From: Felis catus
Lineage: Eukaryota
Length of the DNA stretch: 64,000 bases
Reading direction: 5' to 3'
Assembly: GCF_018350175.1 (NCBI RefSeq)
Contig: NC_058383.1
Coordinates: 14,510,001 to 14,574,000 of the forward strand
Both the position numbers and the translations under genes were made by a program. This document shows positions 1 to 12,984 of the stretch, in pieces (the first letter of the stretch is position 1; each line of letters begins with the position of its first letter). Under the pieces are notes generated by a model, which saw only the letters and a program-made list of their open reading frames with translations, ran no database searches and was not told the DNA's origin.

Positions 1-1340
1 GACACAGGACGGTTTGATGAGACAGTCCCGAGGGTGGAGCCGTGTCTACGCGACCACACTCCCATCTCCATGCACACAGCTGGGAGAAAGGCTCCCCTTC
101 TCCTCCCGGCTGTGCCCACAGGTGTCCAGATGGCCATCCGTCCATGCTTCTCTTCAGGCTGGTGTCTGTTCCACCACCAGAGGCTCTGACGCAGAGTAGT
201 TGCCCAAGGAAGTCCTTGGGGACGGCTCGGCTCACTGCCACAGGTGAACGTGAACTCCCCGTTCCCTCTGCCATGGAGAGGAATAACCGTGAGCAGCCTG
301 GAAACACTGAGACTCACCTACACTGCAGCACACAACTGGGACTGCAAGCAGGAAGGAAATGCTTTAAGCTCTTAAATGCTTCGTGAGCGTGCACAAAAAT
401 CCTATTATCCCCGGTATCTATGCAAGAGCTCGGCGCACCAAACTTTCTGGGGCTCATAAAGCATCGTTCCTAGTTGCAACGTGGAGCTTCTCGTTTTTGC
501 TCTATCTATTTGAACCTTCAGGTAATCTCATCAGAGGGGGACGCGCTCAGACAAGGCGAAGGAGAGGGTGGCTGATTGCGGGGAAGAACGCAGCCCTTTC
601 CATGAATATCTCTCCGGCACCATTTGCTCTGAATAAGGATAATCATTTCTCGCAATCTGGAAACCATGTTATTTAGAAAATTAGGATAAGTGCAAAACAA
701 AGCAAGAGTGGGGGAAAAAAATAACTTTCATCTTCGCATACAAGAACGCTGACAACAAGATAAATCAGGCGCCATTCTCCCCTGCGAGATTTGCATGAAC
801 GTGATTTCTCGCGGTGGTTCTTCCACCAGTGATCGTTAATTTTTATATCGATCATTTCATCCGGCCCCTTGGCGAGGAAGGAGAGATCACGCAGGCTTGG
901 CGTTGGCGATGGAAATCAAGCGTCTCTTCGGCTTGATTTTGCCTCTTGTGACACCTGTGTTTGTGGAGAGAAGGCTCTTCATATTCATATTCTCCGTATC
1001 TCAGATTTTATAGGCGGCCACGACCCCGAAACGAGAGCGGTTAGCCTGGGGTCCACACATCTCCGAGGAGTCTTGTGATAAAATCGAGGGGGGACTGTAA
1101 ACTTGGTCAGGAATGTAAAATACCTGTTTGTGTTCACTAATCTCCATCTGGCAGTGGTGCTACGGGTCTGCGTACTATCAGCCGAACCCGGGTTATTGTC
1201 TCCAGTGCTAATCACAGACCTGTACACGTCATGTCCCAGTTCTTTGTGGACGTCTTGAAATCCTCCTGTCTGCGTACAAATTTATGATAGTCGTTAAACC
1301 CACACTGGATCTTGTTCCTGAAAGTGTTAAAGAATCACAT

Positions 1341-1694
1341 GGGGGCGCCTGGGGGGCTCAGTCGGTGAAGCATCCAACTCTTGTTTCAGCTCAGGTCATG
1401 ATCTCATGGTTCGTGGGTTCGAGCCCCGCGTCAGGCTGCATGCGCACAGCGTGGCGGGCACGGCATGTGTATTTTAATGAGCTTAGAGAATCCACTTATC
1501 TGGAGCTTCGTAGAGATCTGAAAACGTTTGTGCCACGGACACCTGTGCAGTCTGGTGAAGCCTACGGAGCCCTTCTCAGAATACAAATGCTTCAATAAAA
1601 CAAAATGCACAGAATTACAAAGGAAACTAGTTTTCTCTATGCCTCTCTCTCTCTCAAAATAAATAAACTTTAAAAAAACAAAACAAAACAACAA
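1341..1694 (+). mobile_element. Split or chimeric carnivore SINE: head 1341-1454, unrelated DNA, tail about 1633-1694
   Basis: Head ggggcgcctggggggctcagtcggt...gggttcgagcccc and tail (ct)n-caaaataaataaac-A-rich are separated by about 178 bp of non-SINE DNA. Confidence 0.75.
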
Positions 1695-1760
1695 CTCCCC
1701 AGATGATGAGAGTGCAGCCAGCCCGTGTCAGAGGTCTGTTATTTAGAAATCTCTGACTTA

Positions 1761-1982
1761 GGGACGCCTGGATGGCTCAGTCGGTTAAGCATCTGACTTC
1801 CGCTCTGGTCACGATCTCGCAGTTCATGGGTTTGAGCCCCGTGTCAGGCTTTGTGCTGACAGCTCAGAGCCTGGAGCCTGCTTCCGATTCTGTGTCTTTC
1901 TCTCTCTCTCTCTGCCCTTTCCCTCACTTGTGCTCTCTTTCTCTAAAATAAATAAACATTAAAAAAAGAAAAAGAAAAAAGA
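1761..1982 (+). mobile_element. Carnivore SINE (SINEC)
   Basis: tRNA-derived head, CT tract and A tail; degenerate TSD agaaatctctgactta / agaagcctcttactta. Confidence 0.92.
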
Positions 1983-2867
1983 AGCCTCTTACTTAGATCA
2001 TCTGTATCCCAATAACCAGGACTCAGAATTTGGGGTTGGTGGCACTGATGAGAGGCTTGCTCACAGAGGGGCAGGGTCTTCTTAACTTCTGGAAGTGTGT
2101 GTGGTGAGAAAACATCTGGGCCCCTCACTCCAGATGTGTGTGCCGGGGCATGGTCCCCGGCCTCCCTGAGCCTCAGTGTCCTCATCCACAACACAGGTTT
2201 GTCGGGAGAAGGAAAGAAAATAACAAACAGGGAGCACTTTGCAGGGAGGCGGACGGTTCGAAAGTCAGCCGCCGTTGTTTCTGTTGATGTTGATGATGCC
2301 TCGTTTGGGTGCTAGAAATTCCGAGGCTGCCGAGGGAAGCGGTGCTTGTGGCATGACAGCAGGACGTGGCTTCCAAAGCTTGGTAGGTCATTTCTGCTGG
2401 AGGTGGCAGTCTGCTGTTAGAGGGGCTCCAGCCTGGGGCCGATGTGCCACCGGGAGTCTGGGGCTGCCAACTGACACCCCTTCCACGAGAGTCCAGTGTC
2501 ACTCCTGGTTCACCCCCCCTCTTTTGGTATGAAACCAAGCGTCTCATTTTGCCGCAAAGAAGCTCCTTCCTGTCTGCGAGCCAGAAGCTATTTTTCCTCT
2601 GTGTGGAGGGACTTGGAAGAAATCTCTTCTGTTTCTGAGAGGGGATTTAAAATGGTTTCCCGAAGCGGGCCTCCAAGCTAATAACAGAAGGTGCTGTGGT
2701 TTCGTGGGCAGCCGAATGCTTCGTGTCTTTCAAGATTAAGTGCTTGGAAGGAATGTTTTCTTTTACAGACTTCCTTCTAGATTTTTCCAGAACCTTCTAT
2801 GGGCCTGTCTTAGGTGGGTGCCCCTAAGGCAGTACCCTGTCATCAATCCAGGGAAGATGTAGGAGGG

Positions 2868-3490
2868 ATATCGTATTTGTGGGCCCCGACTGCCCTAACA
2901 AAGCACACAGCCGGGGTGGGCGTCACAACAGAGATTAGTTTTCTCACATGGCTGGAGGCTGGACATCTGAGATCAAGGTGTTGGCAGAGTCGGTTTCTTC
3001 TGACACGTCTCCCCTTGGCTCGTACAGATGCCATCTTTTCTCGGCACTCTCATACGGTCTTCCCTCTGTGTGTGTCTGTGCCCTAATCTCCTCTCTTTTT
3101 TTAAAAAAAAAAGTTTATTTTATTTATTCTGAGGGAGAGAGTGTGCGTGCAGAAAGAGCAGAGAGAGAGGGAGAGAGGCAGAATCCCAAGCAGGCTCTGT
3201 GCTGAGAGCACAGAGCCCGATGCGGGGCTTGATCTCCTGACCGCGAGATCATGACGTGAGCCGAAATCAAGAGTCAGATGCCTAACCGACTGAGCCACCC
3301 AGGCGCCCCTAATCTCCTCGTTTTATACGGGCACCCACCAGTCGTGTTGGATTAGGACCCACTCTAGTGGCCTAGAGGTCATTAAATCTTAATTCCCTCT
3401 TTAAAGGCCCTGTCTCCAAATATAGTCACATTCTGAGGTACTGGGGGTCAGTATAAATGTGGGGGTGGGGACAGGGTTCAGTCCCTGACA
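2868..3490 (-). mobile_element. MaLR LTR (MLT1A-like), interrupted by a SINE
   Basis: Typical MLT1 segments: ctggaggctggacatctgagatcaaggtgttggcag and ccctgtctccaaatatagtcacattctgaggtactgggg. Confidence 0.75.
3096..3309 (-). mobile_element. Carnivore SINE inserted in the MLT1 LTR
   Basis: Reverse head (tgagccacccaggcgcccc); TSD core taatctcctc on both sides. Confidence 0.92.
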
Positions 3491-5277
3491 TGATTTCTTT
3501 CTCCTCCCTGAGCACTCCTCAGACGACCCAGGGGTGGCCCGAAAATACGGGCGCGTGTGACATCCGTTGGGAACGTCACACACGAAGAACTTCAATCACG
3601 GGATGGATCGTGCTTCAGACTCTCCAGGACAAAAGCTGGGGAGGCCTCTACACATACGCTGAGCTGATGGTTCTTTAAGGTTTCTAGATCAATGCTATTC
3701 AAATGGCACCCTATCTAAGAAGTGTCAAAACCCACCCCCCACGCCCCGGCATCTTCACAAAAGTTAAAAAGAAGGGTGCATTCAAGATCATACAATGTCA
3801 GCCTTGTGTTTTCTCGGAGCCAGAGAGCGGGTAGACATATTTTAGTCAAGTTGGCTTTCTTTCTGAGCGAGCCTTCTGTGAATGCATAGTACTGACACAC
3901 AGTCTGCCCGACGGGCTCTGTGGGAGCCAGGCCGCTAAGCGGCTTGCGGCAGCAGAAGTCAGCAGGTAGGACATGACATTTTAGAATTGTTCAAATAGAC
4001 CCCCAGGCCTAGCAGATATGCCGGACATTGTGTTAGGCGAGCAAGAACAAAGCAGCGCCAGAAAAGACTGTTTAAAAATTTAAAAGAACCTTTCCCTTGA
4101 TCAGCTGCACTGCTGGCTACTATTCCAGCAATTTCCAGAATGCGAAGCCGGCCCCAAGCAGAACAGAGAATAGAATGGAAGAGGGCAAATTGGTGACATT
4201 TTCAATATCCATGTACAATACCCAGCATCCATGGAAGCTGAGGAATAGATTGTTTCCTGGGAGGGAAACTGAAATAAAATGATCAGATCGGAAGGACGCT
4301 CGGTGAGGCCACCTGCTTCGGGACGTCTAATCCATTCAAAGCATGGGATTCCTGTATACGTTTTAAAACTCTACACACTTCCAAGTCCAGACAGGGGATA
4401 GCGATTCCCCGGCCGCTGGAGCAAATCGAACCGCCTCATCTGCGTGGCTTGCCTGAGGTCTTCGTAAAAGCCCATTTGTGGATGGATGTTCGAGGTTGGC
4501 AGGCGGCCTTCCGTGAGGTCATTCAGGGACCTCGGCTCCTTCTTCAGGTGACTTCCATGAGCGACTTCCAAGGTCCCTGTGCAGCAGGAGAGAAGGAGTG
4601 GCAATTCTGTCAGGCCTTGGGTGACGCAACTCCCCAGGCTCATCCGCGCTGGTAAGGAGGAGTCTTGTAGGACCCCTGGCTTCGGGGGAGCCTGGACGCA
4701 CGATGCATCGCGTGATTGCCTGGTCCTTCTAGGAACCAGAACAGCAGTTGGAATTCAGTAAAAGGACCGCTTTCCATCATTTTCTCAGTATATGAGAGTC
4801 CCCTCCAGGTGTTAGGATTCTTTCCTGCTCAAAATCCTAACGGTTATGGGGAAAAACTGACAAGATTGTGAAATCTACTGGTGCTGTAATTCATCAAGCT
4901 GCAAGCCACCAAGCTACAGACCCAGAGTCACTTAGGAGGGTCATCTTACGGTTCTGAGTTTCATTTTGTGCCTAGACCCAAGTGAAGCAGATCCGTTTGC
5001 CTTTTCTTGGCTGTCAGTCACCCAGCATCCCCCAGAGCACCGAATGGCCTGAAGGCATGTAATTTTTAGTCTTCAGACCCTACTATGCTGGCAGCTTCCT
5101 TGTCCCTAAGGATGCACACCCAGGTCCCCACGGACTACCGGGTCAGGCATTTTGTCCCTGACTTACTGCGCCCCAATGCTCCACCTTTTCCTGACTTCCA
5201 GCTCCTCGTCAGCTTCAGAGACCTGATGGTTCCCCAACATCTCAGGCTTTTAACCCGATTTTTAGTCCAGCATTTCC

Positions 5278-5541
5278 GGGGTACCTGGCGGGGCTCAGTC
5301 GGTTACGTGTCCGACTTCAGCTCAGGTCACGATCTTGCAGTTTGCGAGTTCGAGCCCTGCATCGGGCTGTCTGCTCTCAGCAAGGAGCCCACTTCAGATC
5401 CTCTGTCCCTCTCTCTTTCTGCCCCTCCCCCACCTGTGCACCCTCTCTCTTTCTCTCTGCCCCTTCCCTGCTTTTGCGCGCGCGCATGCACACACACGCA
5501 CTCTCTCTCAAAGATAAATTCCAACATTAAAAAAAATTAAA
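5278..5541 (+). mobile_element. Carnivore SINE
   Basis: Head with gagttcgagccc, extended CT/CA tract, A tail. Confidence 0.9.
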
Positions 5542-6065
5542 ACCGATTTGATGCTCTTAGCAGTGTATGCAAAAAGAAAAAGACTGGTAGGGAATCGTTG
5601 GAAGGGCTCTGGCGAACCTCCAGCCTTGGAGGAAGCGGTGGGTGACCCGGCTCAGGAAGGCAGGGCCACTACTGCTGCTCCCAGCACATCAGCAGGCTCC
5701 CGCCATGAACCTTCTCGCTAACTGATCGGCTACCTGCGAGGGACTCGGTGTCTTTATATCTTCCGAGTGGGAGGTGGAGTCCGCTTCTCTTTAAATTTAA
5801 CTTACGGTTATCTCTCTCTCGCTCGCTCTTTTTCTTTGCCGAGCCTGGGAACATGAGTGCATGTCCCCCAGTTCCCAGGGGAAGGAAGTTGCTTACGCTC
5901 CTCATTTCGGCTCTAGGAGAAGCAGAGGGAGGGATAGAAACCTTCCTACACCCGGACTGTGCTTCTTCACGATCCCCTACCGGGAAGGCCAGTGTGTTTG
6001 GTGATGCTATCCCTCCAGGAACGTCCAAAGCTGCTGTTTGTAGATGGTGACGGGGATGGGGACAC

Positions 6066-6308
6066 GGGGGCGCCTGGGCGGCTCAGTCGGTTAAGCGGCC
6101 AACTTCAGCTCGGGTCATGATCCTGTGGTCTGTGAGTTCAAGCCCCGCGTTGAGCTCTGTGCCGGCAGCTCAGAGCCTGGAGCCTGCTTCCGATTCTGTG
6201 TCTCCCTCGCTCTCTGCCCCTCCCCCACTTGCGCGCGCTCTCTCTCTCTGTCTCTCTCTGTCTCTCGCTCTCTCTCAAAAATAATAAACGTTAAAAAAAT
6301 TTTAAAAA
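6066..6308 (+). mobile_element. Carnivore SINE
   Basis: Full head, CT tract and A tail; TSD-like gggatggggacac / gggatggggaaac. Confidence 0.92.
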
Positions 6309-9300
6309 GGGGGGGATGGGGAAACAGGTTGCGGTTCCAACCCGCCCCATTCATCCCACTCTTAGGAGAACTGGAGAGAAAGAACATCAGTGACAGTCCC
6401 TGTTATCGACAGGCTGGCTTCCCGCCAGGCCCCGGAACCCCGCAGCTTCTCAGCCCCCCAGCGCCGCCCTGTCTGCACCTCCCGGGTGGTGTCTGTGGCC
6501 ACAGTCTCAGGAGGACCAACCTCAGGTCGCATCGTGGACTTCGGGGCCAGTGCTCAGGTCCATGTGAGTGTCTCCCACGTGGCCGTCCTTGCCCTCTGGG
6601 CCTCCGTGAACACCCGGCACCACTTTACAGCAGGTGCACCCTAGGAAATGCTCCGGCCTGACCACTTGGGGAAGGATCAGGGGGCTGAAGGTCTGTCCAG
6701 CCAGGCAGGGCAGGGCCAGCCATAGGAAAGCCCACATCCAATAACAGATGTGCCTTGGACAAAACCCAAACGTGCTCAAAGAGACTCACGGTGCCCCAAA
6801 GGTGAGGCCTGTGTCCCCTGCCCCAGCATCAGCAACCCTTGCTCTCCCTGCGATCATAGGGTCATTATCTCCCACCTGCCCCTCCCATGCACACTACATG
6901 CCTGACTGGCCGCGTTATAATGAACGGGAGGTTCATCTGACAGCTAAGGGGCGGACGGGCCATTGCATCTGCCGGAGCTGTCAGTGGGTCAGTCCTGGCC
7001 TCTCCCCACCCCACCCCACCCCCAAAGTACCGGCAACCCTGTACCCGCTGTCCCTTTCTGCAGATTTCTGAGAGTGGTAATTGGCAAGGCCTTTCATTTA
7101 CCCCAGACCAGGTTGGTTTCAGTTATGGAGCTCTAGAAAGAGCAATGACACCCTTTGAGGACATTTTGAACCAGGGTGATGGGATACTCTTTGAAGCATG
7201 CGGACATTCCCGTCTCCTTCCAGATCACCATACTTGATAAAACTCCAGCCCTTTGGTGTCACAGACACAGAATTAAATATAATTCACTTTCCTCCTATGG
7301 CGAAGCATAGTTTATCTCTAATTGCACCCTACCAGCCCCTCTTTCATCCTAAGTGAGATTGCAGGCTGAGTGAATAGTAGAACATGGATGCATAGGGAGG
7401 GGAATGAAGGCTGTTAGCACCCACCCGCCTTCTGGCTGCTTCCACACCAAGGTTCTAAAGCAATCTTCAACACTTTCCTGGAATTCTAATTTTAAGCTCT
7501 GAGAAAAGAGCAAAGACTGTGTGTCAGATGTGCATCTAAATTATCTTTAGTTCCTTGGCGGCATTTAGCTCTGAGCTCCGGTCTTAGTAAACGCGTAGAT
7601 GGCATTGAATTGGGTGACCGAAGAAGATCGGTTATTACAAGTTGAGAGCATCAGGCTGGGAGTGCAGAGGGATACATGCTTAATACCGACTTACTTGGAG
7701 CTTCTTACACAAGGAGGGACTGTCCAAGGGAAGGAGTCTGTGAACAGTGGGAGGACAGAAACAAGAACGAGGGAAGACCCGCGTTCCCTCAGTGGTGGGG
7801 AAGGCACAGGGCAGGGGCGGAATGAGCTGAAAGTGCATGATTGAGGCTGTTTGGGGCTCTTTTCCTAACACAGAACCCTGGGTCCTCTCCAACAGTAACA
7901 TGCTACCGGGCTGGGCAGCAAGGCTGGGCTACATTTTAAACTGGTAAGAGCATAGACCTGGTCTTATTTGCCCCGCCCCCCAATATTATGCTTTCAAACA
8001 CATAAGCAGCGACCACACAAGTGGAAAGAAAAGGAAAGAGCCCTCCCACCATACCTTCCATGCTCGATAAGTCAAGCTGCTTTTGGAATGTATGCATTTC
8101 TCTCCTCCTCTGCCTCACGTGCCATTTTACCAAGCTTCATTTTAATTCTTCATCTTGTATTAAGAGAAATGACTCGCATCCACTGGCAATAGAATCTAGG
8201 TGTTTAGAGGTTCTTGCCACTGTGGTGCTTAAATTGAGATATGTCTTCAGGTCCATATTTGTACATCTTGTTTCTGAGAAACGGTAATAAATCAAGCAGA
8301 AGATTGAAATTGAATTTTTGTTAAAGGACTTTAGGAGGAAAGCCGTTATGCATCTGTCCATTTTAGTGGGGTAGAACAGACATTTCGGCCATGAAAAGCC
8401 AGCTCGCCATCTCCAGGATGGCAGAGGGGAGCACGGAGGAGCAGGGCCACCCCCTGGGATTTCGAAGATGAGCCCGTGTCTTTGGGAGGTGGGTTACCAG
8501 AGAGGCCCCAAAAGAATTGGCCGGATGGGAATAACAAATTAAAAGTTCTCTTAGCTAGAAATCTATGTTATTTTGAACAGATTTTACCAGCAGACAAAAG
8601 GCTAACATTTGCCTGCATTTGGATTACCGAAATGGGGTTATTTACATAATTTCTGTGTTGAACGTTCCTCTAGCGTTGCTTTTAGCAATGTAAATGGGCT
8701 TAAATGGCTTCCACAGTGATTTCAGCGTGATACCAGGAAGAATTTGTGTCCATGGGAAGGAGGCATCTAGAAGACCAGCTTCAGAGAGGCAGGGCTAGAC
8801 TCCCTAGGGGAAGGGACAGGAGAAGCCCCCAGTATAGGACTTCTAGGTTCTGTGGAATCAAATACACAGGTCTGGCCGTGAGAGGAGTCCAAGCTGATGG
8901 AGATCCTGTAGCTGAAGGTCAGTCAAGTCCATCTCTCCTCGGGGGATGGCCGTATCCAGAATCTCAAGGTGCTGGTCACCAACCACAGGAACACATCAGT
9001 GTTTATTGAATTCTAGGCTCTTTGACTCCCCTCCCGCCACCTTTTTTCCAAGGGGTGAGATTTTTTTTCCTCTTACATTCCAAGTCTACGTGACAAAATA
9101 GAGAGAAAATCGTGTTTTCTTCTCTCCTGAGAGATGTCAGTGATGTCCCCTGTTACTTTAGGTATATGTGCCCGTGAGTTGGGGAGAAAGCTTACTGAAG
9201 ACAGAATGGAGGCCTTACAAGGAAATTTTATTTCCTGCACCCGTTGCTGGCCGGCTGACCTGTCAACTCCCTTGAGATTCTCCCATTGGAATCCAGATAT

Positions 9301-9690
9301 TTATCGTTCTATTCTAGAACAAAGCCAACTCTAACTTGTGAAAAGCAGCATCTTGTAAGACACCGGAGAAAGACACTGAGTGACTGGGGTCTGAAGAGCT
9401 TCCTTGGTTGGCTTGCCTCTTTGGCTGACAGACTGGGATGGACAGCATTGGACACCCATGGTTGCTCTGGGAACATGCACAGACTCTGGAGATGAGGGTG
9501 GGGTAGAGGAGAGAAAAAAAAAAAATCTTCCCTTCAACTCTTCTAGGTTCTTTGCTAGGGCCCCTGTAAGAAAAGACAGATTAGCAGGAGAAATGCAAAC
9601 AGGTATCTATTAACATGTACATCTCACAAATACCTGGGAGAAACTCAGGGATGGGAAAACTTCAAGAGGTGGCTTAGAACTTGGGCTTGA

Positions 9691-9914
9691 GGGGCACCTG
9701 GGTGACTCAGTTGGTTAAGTGTCCGACTTGAGCTCCGGTCATGATCTCATGGTTCGTGAGTTCGAGCCCCACGCCGGGCTCTGTGCTGACAGCTCAGAGC
9801 CTAGAGCCTGCTTCAGATTCCGTGTCTCTCTCTCTCTCTCTGCCCCACCCCTGCTTGTGCTCTGTCTCTCTCTGTCTCTCAAAAATGAATACACGTTTAA
9901 AAAAAAATTTTTTT
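9691..9914 (+). mobile_element. Carnivore SINE (outer, older)
   Basis: TSD agaacttgggcttga (9676-9690) / agaactcgggcttga (10131-10145) encloses both SINEs. Confidence 0.92.
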
Positions 9915-9915
9915 A

Positions 9916-10130
9916 GGGGCGCCTGGGTGGCGCAGTCGGTGAAGCGTCCGACTTCAGCCAGGTCACCATCTCGCGGTCCGTGAGTTCGAGCCCCGCGTCA
10001 GGCTGATGGCTCGGAGCCTGGAGCCTGTTTCCGATTCTGTGTCTCCCTCTCTCTCTGCCCCTCCCCCGTTCATGCTCTGTCTCTCTCTGTCCCCAAAATA
10101 AATAAATGTTGAAAAAAAAATTTTTTTTAA
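9916..10130 (+). mobile_element. Young Felis-type SINE inserted in the tail of the previous SINE
   Basis: Diagnostic ggcgcagtcgg...cagccaggtcac...gtcc-caaaataaataaa; A9-T7/8 duplicated on both sides; short internal deletion relative to sister copies. Confidence 0.92.
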
Positions 10131-11264
10131 AGAACTCGGGCTTGACTACCATCTTCAGCTAAAACAAAGGAAGAGGGGACCAGTTGTGGGAAGAGGACCG
10201 GGAATAGTACTGTAAACAAGGGTAAGTCTTATTATGCAGAGTGAAGTCAGTGCTTTGTCTACGGATGGGTCTCATGATTTGGAGGCATGCTTCTCTTCCT
10301 GGTACAGAGGAGAAGGTACCCTTGCAAATGGAGATCTTTTATAAATACGATTTTCCCTTACCAAAGGGGAACTTCTGGTCTGTTTTCAGAGCTTCGCTGT
10401 CTGCTGTTTCTCAAAATAATCAGCTCAAAATTATCTTTATGACAAAGAGGCATATTTCAGGGTGGCATCTTCTGGTCTCCTACAGTGGCTGTGCTTGGGG
10501 CCTGAACAAGGAGAGACGGATAGAGACGCCAAGAGGCACCTATCTGAGGAGGGCCCCGAAGGGCAGAATCCCCCCCCCACACACTTCAGACACAGACTTG
10601 GACGTTTCGGGGAGACGGTTAGGCTGGAAAAACCAGCACAGCTCATCGGCATGCCTGTTCTGCCAGTGCATCCAGTGCTCAATCAGGAAGAAACCTTCTA
10701 GGAACTCAATCCGGCCCATTCTCTTCTTAGTTGGTGCCGGGAGCAGAGAGAGAATAGGGGATCAGAAATCTCGACTTGGAGTGATGGTAATAACGATGGC
10801 CCAGATGACGTGTGTGGAGAACTTTCTTGGAGCCAAGCGCTGCTCTAAGCACTTGACAATGAGATGTGCTAACATCTCATTTAAACATCACCACGATCCA
10901 GAGAGGTAAGGACTATGATTGTCCTTCACTACAGAGGGGAGGACATTGGGACAAGTTGCCCCAGGCCAGCTAACAACCAGTGGGGCCAGGGACGGAAGCA
11001 TGCAGTCTGAAACCTGGGTCCAAGCCCAGAAGTTACATCACTGATCTCCCTTTGAAGGGCTGGAAGGCTCTACGGCGTCCCTACATTTTTACCTCTATAA
11101 CCTCAAGTAGGCCCTCATTACAGCTCTGTGATACAGGCAGGTGGGTAGTACAACTCCCATCTTATAGGTGAGGACGCCTTAAGCCTGGGAGGAAAGAGGA
11201 AAAGGACTTGTTTAACATCACACAGCTAGTCCTCGGAGGAGGTAGAACAAGAATATTGGCCTCT

Positions 11265-11462
11265 GGGGGCGCCTGGGTGGCTCAGTCGGTGAAGCGTCCG
11301 ACTTCGGCTCAGGTCATGATCTCGCGGTTCATGGGTTCGAGCCCCGCGTCGGGCTCTGTGCTCACAGCTCCGAGCCTGGAGCCTGCTTCGGATTCTGCGT
11401 CTCCCTCTCTGTCTGCTCCTTGCCTACTCACACTCTGTCTCTCAGTAAACATTAAAAAAAAA
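11265..11462 (+). mobile_element. Carnivore SINE
   Basis: Head, short CT tract and A tail. Confidence 0.9.
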
Positions 11463-11649
11463 GAACACCAGCCTCTGCTGCACAGTTCTTTTTCTGCACC
11501 TCATGGCCATCTCCATGGCAGCTCTACACAGGGAAGGACTGATTTGAGAGGCCTTGAACCCTAGAGCATTTGGATGATGGAAAGCAAGGAGAGGAAGTGA
11601 AATGACACTGGAAGCCAACTTCATTTCCTCCACACGGCCTCTACTAATA

Positions 11650-12025
11650 CTGAAAAGACAAACAACCCAGTTACAAATTGGGCGAAGGGTCTGAATAGAC
11701 ATTTCTCCAGAGAAGAGACACAGATGGCCCATAAGCCCGTGAAAAGATGCTCAACATCATTAGCCATCAGGGAAATGCATATCACAACCACAACAAGAGG
11801 CTACTCCACGCCCACCAGAATGGCTATAATCAAAAAGATGGACAATGGCAAGGGTTGGGGAGAATGTGGAGAATTTACACTGCTGGTGGGAATGTCAAAT
11901 GGTGCAGCCACGTTGGAAAAGATTAGCAGCCCCTGGAGAGATTAAACGTGGTGTTACCATACGACTCTGCAATCCCACTCCTCGGTGTATACCCAAGGGA
12001 GACGAACATATGCCCCTATCCACAC
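11650..12025 (+). mobile_element. L1 fragment (end of ORF2)
   Basis: ctgaatagacatttctccagagaaga...aaaagatgctcaacatcattagccatcagggaaatgc; translation [17 protein letters not shown] matches the L1 ORF2 C-terminal region. Confidence 0.85.
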
Positions 12026-12984
12026 CAAACCCTGCAAAGTCAGACGCTCAACTGACTGAGCCACCCCAGGTGCCCCCACTCAGCACTAGTTGAGATCTGA
12101 GATCTGGTAGAGTCAGTGTCACACCCTATGCCAATACAAGGAAGTGCCATCCAAGAAATGTGTTCAGTGAGTGGCACAGTCAAGATGTCGACTAGTTCAC
12201 AAGGAGAAAAAACCAGCTTCGGTGCACGCCTAGAGGCTGCCTGTGATAGAGGGTGCACCCTAGGTGCACCCAAGGCAGCCTGGAGATCTGATTCAGAGAT
12301 AAACCGGTGGTCTAGATAACATGCCTGAATCCATTAGTTGGGGGATTCCTGGTAGTCTCAAGATTATTCCCCAAGAAGGTCAATGCTGGGGTGGCCAGCA
12401 TAAGGAAGCCGGTGCCCTCCACTGGTGATGACCCTGAGCCTGAACCCTGGGCCTGTGGTCTATGGTGTAGGGAATCACAGACTTAACACCAGGGCCAAAA
12501 GAGGCTCAGAAGTAGCCCCACCCCCTCGTTTATAGATGAGGAAACCGGGGGGTGAGGTGGGGTAGAGTGAGTGTGCCCAAATTCTGGGAGAAATGGAGCC
12601 CGTGGGCTTCCTTTACCAGATACCTGCTCAGTATTTCTCAGCTTGTGCTAGAGAATGCCTCCCGGTGGTGTCCAGGCTGGACTGGGCCGGCTGGTGGTGA
12701 CTACTCCAGGGTAGCTTTGCATTATGAGCCAGGGTGCCAAGGAACCGCAGTCCCAGAAGCACGAGGGTGGTTTTGGGTTTGTGGGCCGAAAAGTTGGGGA
12801 GACTCAGATCTTCCTGGTGTTGAGTCCTATAATAAAGGCCCTTGGTCAATCTGATTGTCCTTTCTGTGCCTGTCATGTTGTATCTCTAGACTGTTTCTAT
12901 TTTTTCCCTTCATTTCCTCCCTCCCTCCCCCCATCTTATGCCCTCTGCCTAGACCCATCCTACGAATTCGCCCTCCGTCCCCAC

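Larger units (their letters stand above)
9502..10484 (-). mobile_element. Solo ERV1-class LTR (MER34-like) carrying two nested SINEs
   Basis: The minus strand starts TGTAGGAGACCAGAAGATGCCACCCTGAAATATGCCTCTTTG, resembling the MER34-type LTR start. A 4-bp TSD GTGG lies at 9498-9501 and 10485-10488. About 530 bp remain after removing the SINEs. Confidence 0.75.

Noticed and set aside
6066..6160. tRNA-like A/B boxes
   Set aside because: They are heads of tRNA-derived SINEs with no complete cloverleaf, not tRNA genes.
6125..6661. ORFs with SINE-derived peptides (MISWFVSSSPASGSVL-type, found in many places)
   Set aside because: These are translations of SINE sequence, not genes.
10241..10909. 222-aa ORF
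   Set aside because: It starts at GTG inside an LTR, runs into MIR-like sequence and has no recognisable domain.
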